A stretch of DNA of 63,671 nucleotides, the filler included, from Dimorphilus gyrociliatus (Eukaryota > Animalia > Annelida): assembly GCA_904063045.1 (NCBI GenBank). It is 5 parts of 5 records of this genome, joined end to end, with 100 filler letters (N's around TTAATTAATTAA, not from the genome) between each part and the next. Parts side by side here need not be neighbours in the genome. Positions count along the whole stretch, not along the records: positions 1 to 18,467 come from CAJFCJ010000185.1; positions 18,568 to 35,725 come from CAJFCJ010000219.1; 3 more parts are not named here. One strand, 5' to 3'. The translations under genes were made by a program, and so were the position numbers. Of this stretch, positions 11,737 to 23,100 are shown one piece after another. Within the stretch, counting starts at the first letter, position 1; each line of letters starts with the position of its first letter. The notes under the pieces are model-generated. The model was not told the DNA's origin. It made no database searches and saw nothing but the letters and a program-made list of their open reading frames with translations.

Positions 11737-13425
11737 TTACATATCATCACTAATCTTCATTCTTAAAAAGATGAAATATCTCTTATCATTGTTATCAAAA
11801 GATTCATTTGTATAGCTTATTTGCATCTTTTTTCTTTGTTTTAGTTTCCCATTTTGATAGATAACTGCTCTCATTATATAAGAGTAACAACTTTGTTTCA
11901 GAATATTGAAATGTTCATTGGATACTAAAACAACCAAATATTTCCCACTTAAGCATTTCATTTAAGAATTACAATCAATATTTATTTTGTAGTCCTTATT
12001 AAAATTCAAATTAATTGGATATGTTTGTTTGTCAAAATCGTAAAAATATTCACCAACAACCAGTCTAAAAATATAATTTTCATCTCTATCATAAACTGAA
12101 GTATATCCTTTTTGATAATATTTATATCATGTTGTACTGTCTCTTGGCATATAGGCAAATAGTAAACATGGGTTTTCAATTAGAAATGGATTTTTTAACT
12201 GTTTACAGTTATCTATCATTATCTCAAAAAAAACCGGGATCTCTTTCTCTTAAATATATTTGAGATTCAATTTCAAATCCAATAGGAAAGTGATCACTAA
12301 ATTTAATATTGTAAAATACTTTTCCACTATGTTGAACAAAAATTTTTTCTATATCATCACATTGCATTGTACAACTTTGGTTATATTTTACATGCTTGAA
12401 CTCTATTATTTTATGCAACATATACATGTACATCTTAAAACCTACGCAAGAAAATGCTATAACATTGGCCAAACATAAGTCTGATTAGTCAGCTTGAAGG
12501 CTCATCTTTAATTACCAATAAAGGTTTGGCCAAGTTATAATTTAATTAACTTGCCTAGGGTGTGGCCAAGTTATAATTCAATTAACCTTCCTAAATGTTG
12601 AACCTTGTAACATCCTGTTACTAAAGATAAATATGAACTACACATTTCGGCAACTGTAAAGTGATGATTGGATGTCAGAGACAAACCTCAAAGTATATAA
12701 ATCCTCATTATTCTCATTTGGCATGCAGCTTCCATCTGGACCCAAGGACCTGGGAAAATCATCTGGAAACAACCTCCACTGGAACCATCCATCTACTCCT
12801 CAACATTAGAAGACAGTTTGGTAATTTGGCAACCTGCTTTTACAAACTATCTACTCTGCTATCGAACTCTCATATTGTTACTTGCTTAAGTATTATTATT
12901 GCGAATAAACCGTTTTAATTTAAACATTTGTTTAAAGGTTCGAGTAGAACCAGTATTGTTATAACTTGCAAACGCATAGATTTTGCCAGCAAGAGCAGTA
13001 CAGCATAGATCATCTTCATTTCTGTTTTTTTTCAATCCAATTTACAACCATATCCATTTTATCACATTTTTTTAGCTTGAATTCAATTTTCAAAATATCA
13101 TTAGGTTTGATACAAGAGGTTCAAGAGGTTTAGCTGTTGCTGCTGAAATTACAATTGGAAAGGCAACTGCTTTAAATCTTTTCCCAAACTAGCAGCATTA
13201 CCAGGATATGGAAAAAAAAGACCATTAGGCTTTGTATTATGTTCATCAAAGGGCACATAATGAAGTAGCTTTTTCACTGGTATTTCAACAGATTGCAAAT
13301 TATTTCCTTCTTCTGAGAGAGTTGTATATATCTTCGGTTACTATGTCTGTATTGTTAAATTGATTAAACAGCTTGTAGGTGTTCAAATAGAATTTTTGTT
13401 AAAGTAGCACTGCCTATGGTAATCT
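11737..13425 (-). pseudogene. DNase I-like (EEP) gene, 3' part, interrupted by a solo LTR
   Basis: SGKVFYNIKFSDHFPIGFEI matches 42930-43641 (SGTVYYNITFSDHFPVGFEI); upstream exon LLHYVPFDEHNTK matches LLYVPKDQYNQ of the paralogue; C-terminal extension down to 11737; stops present. Confidence 0.7.
12368..13002 (+). repeat. Solo LTR-2, 635 bp, 4-bp TSD GCAT
   Basis: TGTACAAC...GCAGTACA; GCAT at 12364-12367 and 13003-13006; GTATATAAAT TATA box near 12692; AATAAA near 12904; internal duplication of GGCCAAGTTATAATT..AATTAAC. Confidence 0.95.
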
Positions 13426-13487
13426 GAAAAATGGAAAGTAAAATATGAAAATCAAATCAATCTTCCCATTCTAAAGTTTTGCCAAAC

Positions 13488-13610
13488 TATAATTCAATTA
13501 ACCCTCCTAAATGTTAGGCTTTGTAACATTTAGCTAATAAATATACAACTGAAGTAGACATTTCACCAACTGTAAAGTGATGATTGGGTGTTGTAACTTA
13601 CAAATGTATA
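13488..13610 (+). repeat. Diverged internal fragment of LTR-2
   Basis: TATAATTCAATTAC...CAACTGTAAAGTGATGATTGG matches 12573-12695. Confidence 0.7.
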
Positions 13611-13814
13611 AATTGGCTAATATTTTTGATTTAGTGTGGAGAAATTACTGGCTTTGTAAATTAAATGTTTACCTCATCATTAACCTTCAAACTCTTTACA
13701 GAAAATGATGGGTAAAAACTTATGGAATAAATTGTGGAATTTATTTTCTTTTTACTTTAAATATACATATTATATCTTTTATAATGTTAATACAGAGAGA
13801 GAGAGAGAGAAAAT

Positions 13815-14571
13815 GAAGGTTCTACTCCACTTGCTGTTCATTTCCCATCAATTTTCCAGAATAGAGGACCTCCATCATCACCCTAAAATAAATTTATATT
13901 AAATGATATACATACCTATTGAAAAGATAATTTCAATTACATAGCAAATTTGAGAATCAGCAGTTTCAATACCATTCCCATAGATTGTTTGTGGATAATT
14001 TAATAGTATTAATTGTTTTTTAGCTTTATTAATTATTTCATTGGTACAAATGTGTTGTGTTTTTAATTGAATTTTAGTTTTCATCAAATAAGAACTAATA
14101 TTTGGGGCTGAAATTAAAATAAAATAATATTTGGCTTACAACTTTGTGATAAATATCGAAAACCAGAAGTGTAGCATTATATGTCTTCATTACCAGTTAG
14201 AGGTTGATTATCTAAACAAGAAGTATTGATTGAATCTGACAGTTTAACAGCAGTATCCAATTATAGTATGACTAAATCATTCTCCTTCAAAATCTCATTA
14301 TAGTCTGGATGGATACGGACTTCAATCACGCTATATTGATTTCCATGACATTATTGAGTAGTGCCCAATTTTACAGTGTAATTTCCTACTCTAAACAGAT
14401 ATCCTTAATTAATAAAACTTAAAACAAACTTTAAAATTTAAAACAAACAGTAAAAAATAAAAAACTGAATTACTGTGATATGCATTGAGCAGCTGTAAGT
14501 ACAATTCGTTCATGAATAAGAATTCCACCACAAGTGAAACCTTTTGCATATGCAGTATCTACTATTTGTGC
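13815..14571 (-). pseudogene. Trypsin-fold serine protease homologue (non-catalytic), multi-exon pseudogene
   Basis: Exons encode FTCGGILIHERIVLTAAQC (14474-14571), VIEVRIHPDYNEILKENDLVIL*LDTAVKLSDSINTSCL, ADSQICY and GDDGGPLFWKIDGK*; GT-AG borders; in-frame stops. Confidence 0.85.
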
Positions 14572-14713
14572 CTAATATATAGGATACTAAAGTATTTTTA
14601 TTAAAATGAACTTTTGACCTCCTGCTTAATTGAACAAAATCTGAATGGAATGGAAGAATATGAATGCTATGTTTCAAGTTTTGGAATATTAAGTAAGAAT
14701 GATACAACAGATG

Positions 14714-14870
14714 TGTACTTTGTTGTATTGTAATTGTAGGAATTTCTGGTTCGTCACAACTGTAATCGTCCTCTCCAATCATTTACCAATTTGCCAAAGT
14801 ACTCAAACAAATAGAACCTTTAAAGTTAGTCCACAAATAGTCTAACAAAGGCAATTTCAGTAGAAATCTT
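14714..14870 (-). repeat. 3' fragment of LTR-1
   Basis: Shared TGTACTTTGTTGTATTG terminus; inverted relative to 15170-15326. Confidence 0.85.
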
Positions 14871-14989
14871 ATCTTACATCTTATGCAATCCTCCAACCTT
14901 TGAAATTTAACTATTATCTAGAAGAGGAAAGCAATAAAAACATGACCATATTTACAACTTTTCTCTGTTTTAAAATGTTACTATTGTTT

Positions 14990-15326
14990 TTGTGAACATT
15001 GAAATTTGTCAACTATAAACCCTTTAACTAGTATACAAACCCTACAAAATTAACAGTTGATAGTTCAGTGCTCTACCCATCGTCCAGTTGTTTTAACTAC
15101 CTTGTTTAGAACTAGAAGCTCATTTTACTCAATTCATATTCTTTGGACAAAACACTGGTGTTTTCTTGATTAGTTTCTACTGAAATTACATTTGTTAGAC
15201 AATTTATGGATAGACTTTAAAGATTCTATTACTTTGAGTACTTTGGCAAATTGGTGAAGGATTGGAAAGGACCATTACAGTTGTGACGAACCAGAAATTC
15301 CTACAGTTACAATAAAACAAAGTACA
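14990..15326 (+). repeat. 3' part of LTR-1
   Basis: Contains TTGTTTAGAACTAGAAGCTC core; ends CAATAAAACAAAGTACA (polyA signal then CA). Confidence 0.85.
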
Positions 15327-15439
15327 GATTTATTAATGCAGACATTTCACATCTATTTTTCCAGTATGAACATAATTTATTAACCAATCTTGTTCTTTAG
15401 TGTAATATTTAGTGTTTGTTTTTCTTTTTAAATACATAT

Positions 15440-15818
15440 CTTGGATCCAGATGGAAGCCACATGCAGAATGAGAATAGTGAGGATTTATATACTTTGAGG
15501 TTTGCCTCTGACATTCAATCATCACTTTACAGCTGCAGAAATGTGTAGTTCATATTTATCTTAAGTAACAGGATGTTACAAGGTTCAATATTTAGGAAAG
15601 TTAATTGAATTATAACTTGGCCACACCCTAGGCAAGTTAATTAAATTATAACTTGGCCAAACCTTTATTGATAATTAAGCATGAGCCTTCAAGCTGACTA
15701 ATCAAACCATTGTTTGGCCAATGTTATAGCATTTTCTTTCATAGGTTTTACAATGTACATGTATAAGTTGCATAAAATAATAGAGTTGAAGCATGTTAAA
15801 TATAACCAAAGTTGTACA
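15440..15818 (-). repeat. 5' two-thirds of LTR-2
   Basis: rc starts TGTACAACTTTGG; has the same internal duplication as the 12368 copy. Confidence 0.9.
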
Positions 15819-16211
15819 ATATCTGTAAGTTCATATTCAACTTCATATCTAGCATATCTAACCAAAAGAATAAATGTATATACCTCTGTAACCATAACCA
15901 TTTAGGAAAAATCCATAAATATACAAAAGAAAAAAAGGGTGCTAGCATACCCTGGTACATTTGCCCCAACCTTGAGTACATTTCCACCCAGCCCCCTTAA
16001 ATTTCCAATGTTACAACAATTTCCTTTAATTCTTATTGTAATATTGTTTATTCATCATTAGAATGCAACTCTTTTGTAATATTCTCAATGAGCAATAGGA
16101 ATAGGAAACCTGACTACTGTAGTCTCTGGCAATAGCTAATAGTGTTGCAGCATGCCAAATTAACATTGAATTATGCTTAGACATTCAAATATTTAGTTAA
16201 GACAATCATAC

Positions 16212-16530
16212 TGTACTTTGTTGTATTGTAATTGTAGGAAGTCCTAGCTCGTCACTATCAAATTCGTCCTCTCCAATCATTTACCAATGTGCCAAAGTAC
16301 TGGTCCAAATAGAACCTTTCAAGTTCGTCCACAAGTAGTCTTAATAAATGTAATTCCAGTAAAAATTAACCAACAAACACCAGTATTTCATTCAAAGAAT
16401 ATGTATTTGAGTAAATGAGTTTCTAGTTCTAAACAAGCAAGTTTGAACAACCAGCTGATGGTTAGAAAACTGAACTGACTACTGTTAAATTCGTAGGGTT
16501 TATATACTTTTCCAATAGTTCACAGTTCAC
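16212..16530 (-). repeat. 3' part of LTR-1
   Basis: Shared terminus and core; TATA (GTATATAAACCC on the minus strand) near 16500. Confidence 0.85.
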
Positions 16531-17189
16531 GGATAAAAATATTCACACAAACAAATGTAACAATTTGGATAAAGGGAAAGTTCAAATATACTTCCATGTT
16601 TGTTACTTTTTCTTTATCTTGGAGAACTTTTGCTCCCTATTTTAGTAGGTCAGAAAGTTGCCTAAGATGTAACAATTATTAATAGAAGTTGGATTGATTC
16701 CAAAACACAAAAATAGGAAAAGGTCAACTTGATGCCGTTTTAATATACAACAAATTATTAATAATAATTGTTTGTGTAAGATAATATGTTTCTGTGTAAA
16801 GGACTGGTAGGATAAAAGTATTAAACTTAATCATTCAATATAGTATTGTGCATACAATACTGTTGAAAAGTGACAATAATCTAAAAGCTCCAAATATAAA
16901 TAGAATAGTGGAAGATATAATTAATATTCATTAAATATGATGTGTATAATAATTAGGGTTAACATCTAAGTTGTAAAATACTTTTACAACTTAGTTTAAA
17001 TAGTGTATGTTGTAGTTTTAGGTGTGTAAAGTACTCTATAATACTCTTTCAATATTGCTTTCCATTGATGAATGAAATGTAACAATTTGGGTGTATTGTG
17101 TGAATTTGTGAGCCTGGTTACAAGCTTATGTGTTTAGTACCTACAAACTGCCTAAATGTGTACATTTGTGAATATTAATAGGAAAAAAA

Positions 17190-18130
17190 TTTTTACTAAT
17201 TTTAATTAATTTTTTCTTTATTTGGCCACATCCATTTCGTTTCAGGTTTTGGATTCAAATTAACATCCCAAACAGATTTTTTTTTTGACCAAACTAATTT
17301 TCAATGTTAAGTAATCACTTTTGATCTATTTTAATTACTGTAGTTAACTATAAATTATATTTACTTAATTATGGCATGGGGTAAAGAGGTTAGGAATCTA
17401 GTATTTAAGAAATATGAAGAATTGGGAAAAATTAGGGCAACTGCAAGGGCTTTGGGAATGGCACCATCTACCATTAGTGACATTTTGAGATATCAGCCAC
17501 CACAACAAGAGAACAGGGGTCGTACAAAGAAGCTAACAGAAAGAGACATAGTGAGGATAAAAAGAATAGTAAAGAGACTTAAGAGAAATAAGGAAAGGGT
17601 TACAGCAGGAAAGGTCTTAGCAGAATTAGAGGTCGATGTGAGTCTCAAGACCATTCAGAGAGAGCTGAAGAGGCAAAATTATAATTATAAAAGGATTAGA
17701 CAGAGAATTGATCTCACACCTAAGGATTGCGCAAGAAGAAAAGAATACTGCCTCAAAACAATTGCTGAAAATCTGGACTGGTCAACAGTGATTTTCACAG
17801 ACAAGACCAGATTCTCTCTGAGTGGGCCTGATGATTTCAGGACATGGACAAAAGATGGTGGAAAAAAATTTTAGAGTCACTAAAAATATGAGAAGAGTGA
17901 TGATGTGGGATTAATAACCTCAGATGGGGTATTTGAAGTTTGGAGGATAAGTCAAAAATTGACTGCCCAAAATTATAGCTGTTTTGTTGTGGAAGATGTT
18001 CTTCCTGTCATTGAAGAGATATCACTCAAAATGGGCAGGAATTACATCTTCCAACAAGACAATGCAGGCTGCCACAAAGCAAGAGCAACTAAGAGGGCCT
18101 TTAGAATGAATGGTATCAATCCAATTGATG
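17190..18130 (+). mobile_element. Tc1 family A copy, transposase pseudogene 17371 to about 18130, both ends lost
   Basis: MAWGKEVRNLV..HTH, VIFTDKTRF, YIFQQDNAGCH; frameshift near 17870; breaks off at NGINPID; inner TIR repeat near 17210. Confidence 0.9.
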
Positions 18131-18467
18131 TATCAAACTACCAAGCCTTTTTTTACAAGTCACATCTATTCCCACATTTACTTGATAAATATCTCCATAA
18201 ATATTTTTATCATTTAATTCCTATTTTGTCTTTTATTAGAGATTGTGATATCAATATTAAAGGTTAATAGAGATGACAAAAGCTTAGTGATTTTTGTAAA
18301 CAATTTCTTTATCAATAATTGATTTTTGAAAATTTATTGAAACAACTAATAGAATTGAATTTCCTGTACTGAATGTTTGTATAACATGAAAAAAACAGGA
18401 GAGGAAATAAATAGAGTTGCTGTTACTCTTTCATGTGACTGGCAATATTTTATAGCAACTTTATAGG

Positions 18468-18567
18468 NNNNNNNNNNNNNNNNNNNNNNNNNNNNNNNNN
18501 NNNNNNNNNNNTTAATTAATTAANNNNNNNNNNNNNNNNNNNNNNNNNNNNNNNNNNNNNNNNNNNN
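18468..18567. other. Artificial contig spacer
   Basis: 44 N + TTAATTAATTAA (stops in all six frames) + 44 N. Confidence 0.99.
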
Positions 18568-18569
18568 TC

Positions 18570-19427
18570 TTCCATTCAGATTGTAATGAAGCCATCTTAA
18601 GAGGTATTGTATCAACAAAAGCTAATTCCTATGAATTTAGAACTGTTTCTGATCTTGAATCACTTCTAAAGACAAAGTTTAGTGGAGAGAGAAGATACTT
18701 TGTAATAACAGAAGGAATATTTAGAAACACAGGTAAGTGTTTTGATATAAAAAATATAGCCAAACTTAAGAAAGAATATCCATTCTGGTTTATTTTGGAT
18801 GATTCTTTGTCTTTCTCATTTTTAGAATTACAGAAAGAAGCGGTTGACATTTTGATTGGAAGTCTTTCGTACTCTTTGTGCAGTGCGGGTGGCTTTGTAG
18901 CAGGAAGTGAACATTCTGTGGATTATCAAAGGCTGTTGTCACCCTCTTACTGTTTCTCTGCATCTCTACCAGCATTTCTTACTAAAAACGCACTTCTTAA
19001 CTTAAAAAAAGACTTAAAAAGCCGAAGAAAAGCAATTTTAGAAAAAGTAAAACACTTTCATGAAAAATTCAACAACGTTTTCTTAAACGAAACAGAACAC
19101 AAAAAAAACCACGTCCAATTTAACACAAGAAGCACAAAAGTAGAATATAAAGTAACACAGCACTCCAAACCATTTAAAGAATCTAATTTTAAAATAGTAT
19201 CAGATGTAAAATCACCAACAATAGTTCTAAGAAGAAGTAGAAGTGGCCTAAAAAACAAAAAAGAATATCAAAACCTTTTAGTTATAAAAAATTTATTGAA
19301 AAAAAGAGGATTTAAGGTTGGAATTTTGATGAACCCGAGGGCAGGATTAAGAATTAATATAAGTGATGGAGTGGAGATAGAAAGTATTGATAAGATTGTT
19401 GAAGTGTTTAGTGAGATTTGTTTTTAG
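18570..19427 (+). CDS. LCB1: Serine palmitoyltransferase subunit 1 (5'-partial at contig edge)
   Basis: Frame is open from 18570: YFVITEGIFRNTG, FILDDSLSF, DILIGSLSYSLCSAGGFVAG, YQRLLSPSYCFSASLP. No PLP lysine, as expected for LCB1. Confidence 0.85.
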   Translation, partial: FHSDCNEAILRGIVSTKANSYEFRTVSDLESLLKTKFSGERRYFVITEGIFRNTGKCFDIKNIAKLKKEYPFWFILDDSLSFSFLELQKEAVDILIGSLSYSLCSAGGFVAGSEHSVDYQRLLSPSYCFSASLPAFLTKNALLNLKKDLKSRRKAILEKVKHFHEKFNNVFLNETEHKKNHVQFNTRSTKVEYKVTQHSKPFKESNFKIVSDVKSPTIVLRRSRSGLKNKKEYQNLLVIKNLLKKRGFKVGILMNPRAGLRINISDGVEIESIDKIVEVFSEICF

Positions 19428-19451
19428 AAAAATTCTTTATTTTTTAAGAAA

Positions 19452-19575
19452 ATTGAAAAATTCAAAAATTCAAAAAATTCAAAAATTCAAAAAATTCAAA
19501 AAATTCAAAAAATTTAAAAATTCAAAAATTCAAAAATTCAAAAAATTCAAAAATTCAAAAATTCAAAAATTGAAA
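19452..19575 (+). repeat. (AAAATTCA/AAAAATTCA)n tandem repeat between convergent genes
   Basis: About 13 units of 8-9 bp. Confidence 0.95.
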
Positions 19576-19617
19576 AAATTAGAAAAATTGAAATTCTCTA
19601 TTTTTAAGAAAATAATT

Positions 19618-19899
19618 TTAATTTCGATTCTGCTGAACATAAAGTGTAAGTTCATCTAATTTCTTTTTAGTTCTTTTCAAATTACCTAACCTTCTCTTTA
19701 TAAATCTTTTAGCTTTCTTTTCTTCATCACGTCTAATTAATTCAATAGCTCTTAATTCGTATGGAGAAAAACCACTTATTTCTTTTACAACTTCTCTAGC
19801 TAGAATAGCAGATTGAGAAGGTTCTTTAACTTTTTTAGTAGGTTTAGGGAGTTTAGTAACTTTGTGGTGGAGAAGTCTTGCTTTTTTGTTGACTATCAT
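19618..19899 (-). CDS. RPL36: 60S ribosomal protein eL36, short and intronless
   Basis: HKVTK...REVVKEISGFSPYELRAIELIR....KKAKRFIKRRLG; CCC motif just before the ATG. Confidence 0.95.
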   Translation of the reverse strand: MIVNKKARLLHHKVTKLPKPTKKVKEPSQSAILAREVVKEISGFSPYELRAIELIRRDEEKKAKRFIKRRLGNLKRTKKKLDELTLYVQQNRN

Positions 19900-20148
19900 T
19901 TGAGGGTTAAAAAAAATTAAAAAAATTATAAAAATTCTAAAAAAATTAAAAAACAGAATTTTTTAAAATTTTAAAAATTCTGTTTTTTATAAAAAAATTA
20001 ATTATATGATATTTTTTAGAAAATTAAAAAAATTTAACTTATATGATATTTTTTAAAAATTCAAAAAAATTAAAAATTTAAAAATTCTGTTTTTTATAAA
20101 AAATTTAATTATATGATATTTTTATATTTTTTAAAACAGACCCCAAAA
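19900..20148. promoter_or_regulatory. Bidirectional promoter region RPL36/RPB1
   Basis: 249-bp AT-rich head-to-head gap with GGG at 19904-19906 and CCCC at 20141-20144; palindrome AAAAACAGAATTTT..AAAATTCTGTTTTT and a ~40-bp direct repeat. Confidence 0.7.
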
Positions 20149-23100
20149 ATGTACAACAGAATAAACAAAATTAAATTTTCTTTACTTCCACCAGACGAAA
20201 TAAGAAGAGGTAGTGTTATTTGTATAGAACACCCTGAAACCTTAGAAAATGGTGTTCCTAAGCAAGGTGGTCTTATAGACTTAAGGATGGGCTCTACTGA
20301 TAGAAACTATATGTGTGCTACTTGCAAGCAGACTACAAAATGTCCTGGCCATTTCGGACACATAGAACTCGTTAAACCAATGTTTCATGTTGGATACTTA
20401 CAAAGAATTAAGAAAATACTAGAAAGTGTTTGTTTTTACTGTTCTAGAGTTAAACTAAAAAAACAGGAGATTTCTAGAATAGGAAAATTAACTATTGATT
20501 CAATTTGGCATGCTTCAAAGACAAAAAGTATTTGTTTAGGTGATGAAACAATTGAAGAGGGAGTTAAAATCAATACTGGATGTGGTGCTAAGCAGCCTTT
20601 TATTAAGAAAGATGGTATGATTCTTACTGCTTTTGTTAAAGGAGAGGATTCCTCAGAAGGGAAAGTTGTATTAAATGGGGAAAAAGTTACTTCCATTTTT
20701 AAAAGATATCAGATAATGATGTAAAGTTGTTTTCTTCAACTGGTGAGCTCGTTAGACCAGAATGGATGATTTTAAGTGTACTTTTAGTTCCACCACCCTG
20801 TGTTAGACCAAGTGTAGTGATGGAAGGAATGTTAAGAGGAGAAGATGACTTAACTCATAAATTGGCAGATATTGTAAAAGCAAATTGCAATTTAAGGAAA
20901 TATGAAAACGAAGGAGCCCCAGGACATGTAATTAGAGATTATGAGAACCTACTTCAATTCCATTTAGCTACATTTATAAATAATGAGACAACAGGACAAC
21001 CACAAGCAATACAAAGAAGTGGAAGGCCTTTGAAATGTCTAAGTTCAAGATTGAAAGGTAAAGAAGGAAGAATAAGAGGAAATCTTATGGGAAAGCGAGT
21101 AGACTTCAGTGCTCGTTCTGTAATAACAGCAGAACCTAATATTTCACTAGGAGAATTAGGAGTACCTGAACAAATAGCAATGATACATACATTTCCAGAA
21201 AGAGTAACTTCATACAATAAAAAAAAATTAAAAGAAAAAGTAGAAAAAGGACCAAATCAAAGAGGAGGAGCAAATTATGTAACAACACCAGATGGAACTA
21301 AAATAGATTTAAGGTATGGAAAACCAGAACTACAAGAAGGATCGATAGTCCACAGACACATGAAAGACGGAGATGTAGTATTATTTAATAGACAACCAAG
21401 CTTACACAAAATGTCGATGATGTCTCACAAGGTAAAAATAATGAAAGGAAAGAGTTTTAGACTGAATTTGAGTGTAACAACACCTTATAACGCAGATTTT
21501 GATGGAGATGAAATGAATTTACACATGCCTCAAAGCTATGCTAACATAGCAGAACTTTCAATAGCGAACGTAGAAAGACAAATAGTCAGTCCACAAGCAA
21601 ATAAACCAGTGATGGGAATCGTACAAGACAGCCTAGTTGGTATCAATTTACTAACAGATGGAGTCTTGTTTATAGAAAGAGCAGAAGCTTACCAATTCTT
21701 ACACCACGGAGGAAGAGTTAAAAACTCTGAAAAATCACAAATTGATAAAAATTCAGAAAAGGAAATTTTACTAATTGATAGAAATTTTGATAATTCTTTA
21801 ATTTCAACAAACAAAGTAGAAAATAAAAAAGAATTCACTAAAAGTTATAAAGAGAATCTTTTAGACTCAATTATCCATGAAAGAAAGAATCCACCAATTC
21901 TAAGACCACGTAAAATTTGGACTGGTAAGTCAATTTTTAGTTCTTTGCTTCCAAACGTTAATTTTAAAAATTCTAATGTTTTAATTCAAAACGGAAATTT
22001 AATTTACGGATCAATTGATAAAAAAGTTGTTGGAACTTCAGAAGGTTCTTTAATTCATATTTTATTCTTAGACTACCCAGATAGAGCTGTTTCGTTCTTT
22101 GATTCTGTACAAAGACTTACTAATATTTTCTTACAATTTCACTCTTTTTCTGTTGGAGTTGGAGATTTAATTGCTGATTCCGAGACTATGAAATCTGTTA
22201 TTGAGACAGTAAAGAGTGCTAAACACAATGTAGATTCTACTATAGACAGAGTAAGACTAGGCAAACTAGATAGACTTCCTGGAATGACACTAAGAGAATC
22301 ATTTGAAAGTTCGTGTACTTCTGCTTTAAACAAGGCGAGAGACACGAGTGGAACATCAGCACAAAAGTCGTTACACTCAACAAACAACTTTAAAAGAATG
22401 GTTAACGCAGGTTCAAAAGGTTCTGCAATTAACATTTCACAGGTAATTGCTTGTGTTGGTCAACAAACTGTTGAAGGTAAGAGAATTCCATTTGGTTTTC
22501 ATAGCAGAACACTTCCACATTTTACTAAAGATGATAACGGACCAGACAGCAGAGGCTTTGTAACAAATAGTTACTTGAATGGATTAACACCACTAGAGTT
22601 CTACTTTCATGCTATGGGTGGTCGTGAAGGACTAATCGATACTGCTTGTAAAACTGCAGAGACTGGGTATATGCAGCGTAGATTAGTCAAAGCATTGGAG
22701 AATGCAAGAGTTGGATACGATGGAAGTGTTAGAGACGATAAGATATTACAATTTGAGTATGGAAATGACTCTTACGATGCTACGTACTTAGAAAGAGTGA
22801 GTTATAACCTAAATAATGATACATATACTGATTTAGATACTAATCACTTGAATAGTACTAATTTATATAATAATTTAGATACTGGCTTGAATGAGGATTT
22901 GCAAAAATTAATTTTGGAGGAAAAAGAGTTTATTCAAAAATTTATGATAAAATTAAAGGAAAAAAAGATTTCTGAAAGAGTAACATTACCTGTCAATTTT
23001 AGAAGATTATTTAATAGGGCAAAAAGTATTTTCAAATCGGGAAATTGTACATATAAAGAGTTTTTTGATATACGAAATTCTATAGAAGAACAAATCAGTG

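Noticed and set aside
15698-15905. Recurring small ORFs MANVIAFS.. / ..VQLWLYLTCFNSIILC.. (also 9062, 12224, 12260) and 5810, 14510, 42106
   Set aside because: They are reading frames through LTR-2 and LTR-1, not a conserved peptide family.
373-18467. RIP-like hypermutation
   Set aside because: CAA/TGG-derived stops are expected from ordinary transitions, and CpA/TpG is abundant rather than depleted; only CpG is lost.
19387-19659. Lys-rich ORF
   Set aside because: Translation of the AAAATTCA tandem repeat.
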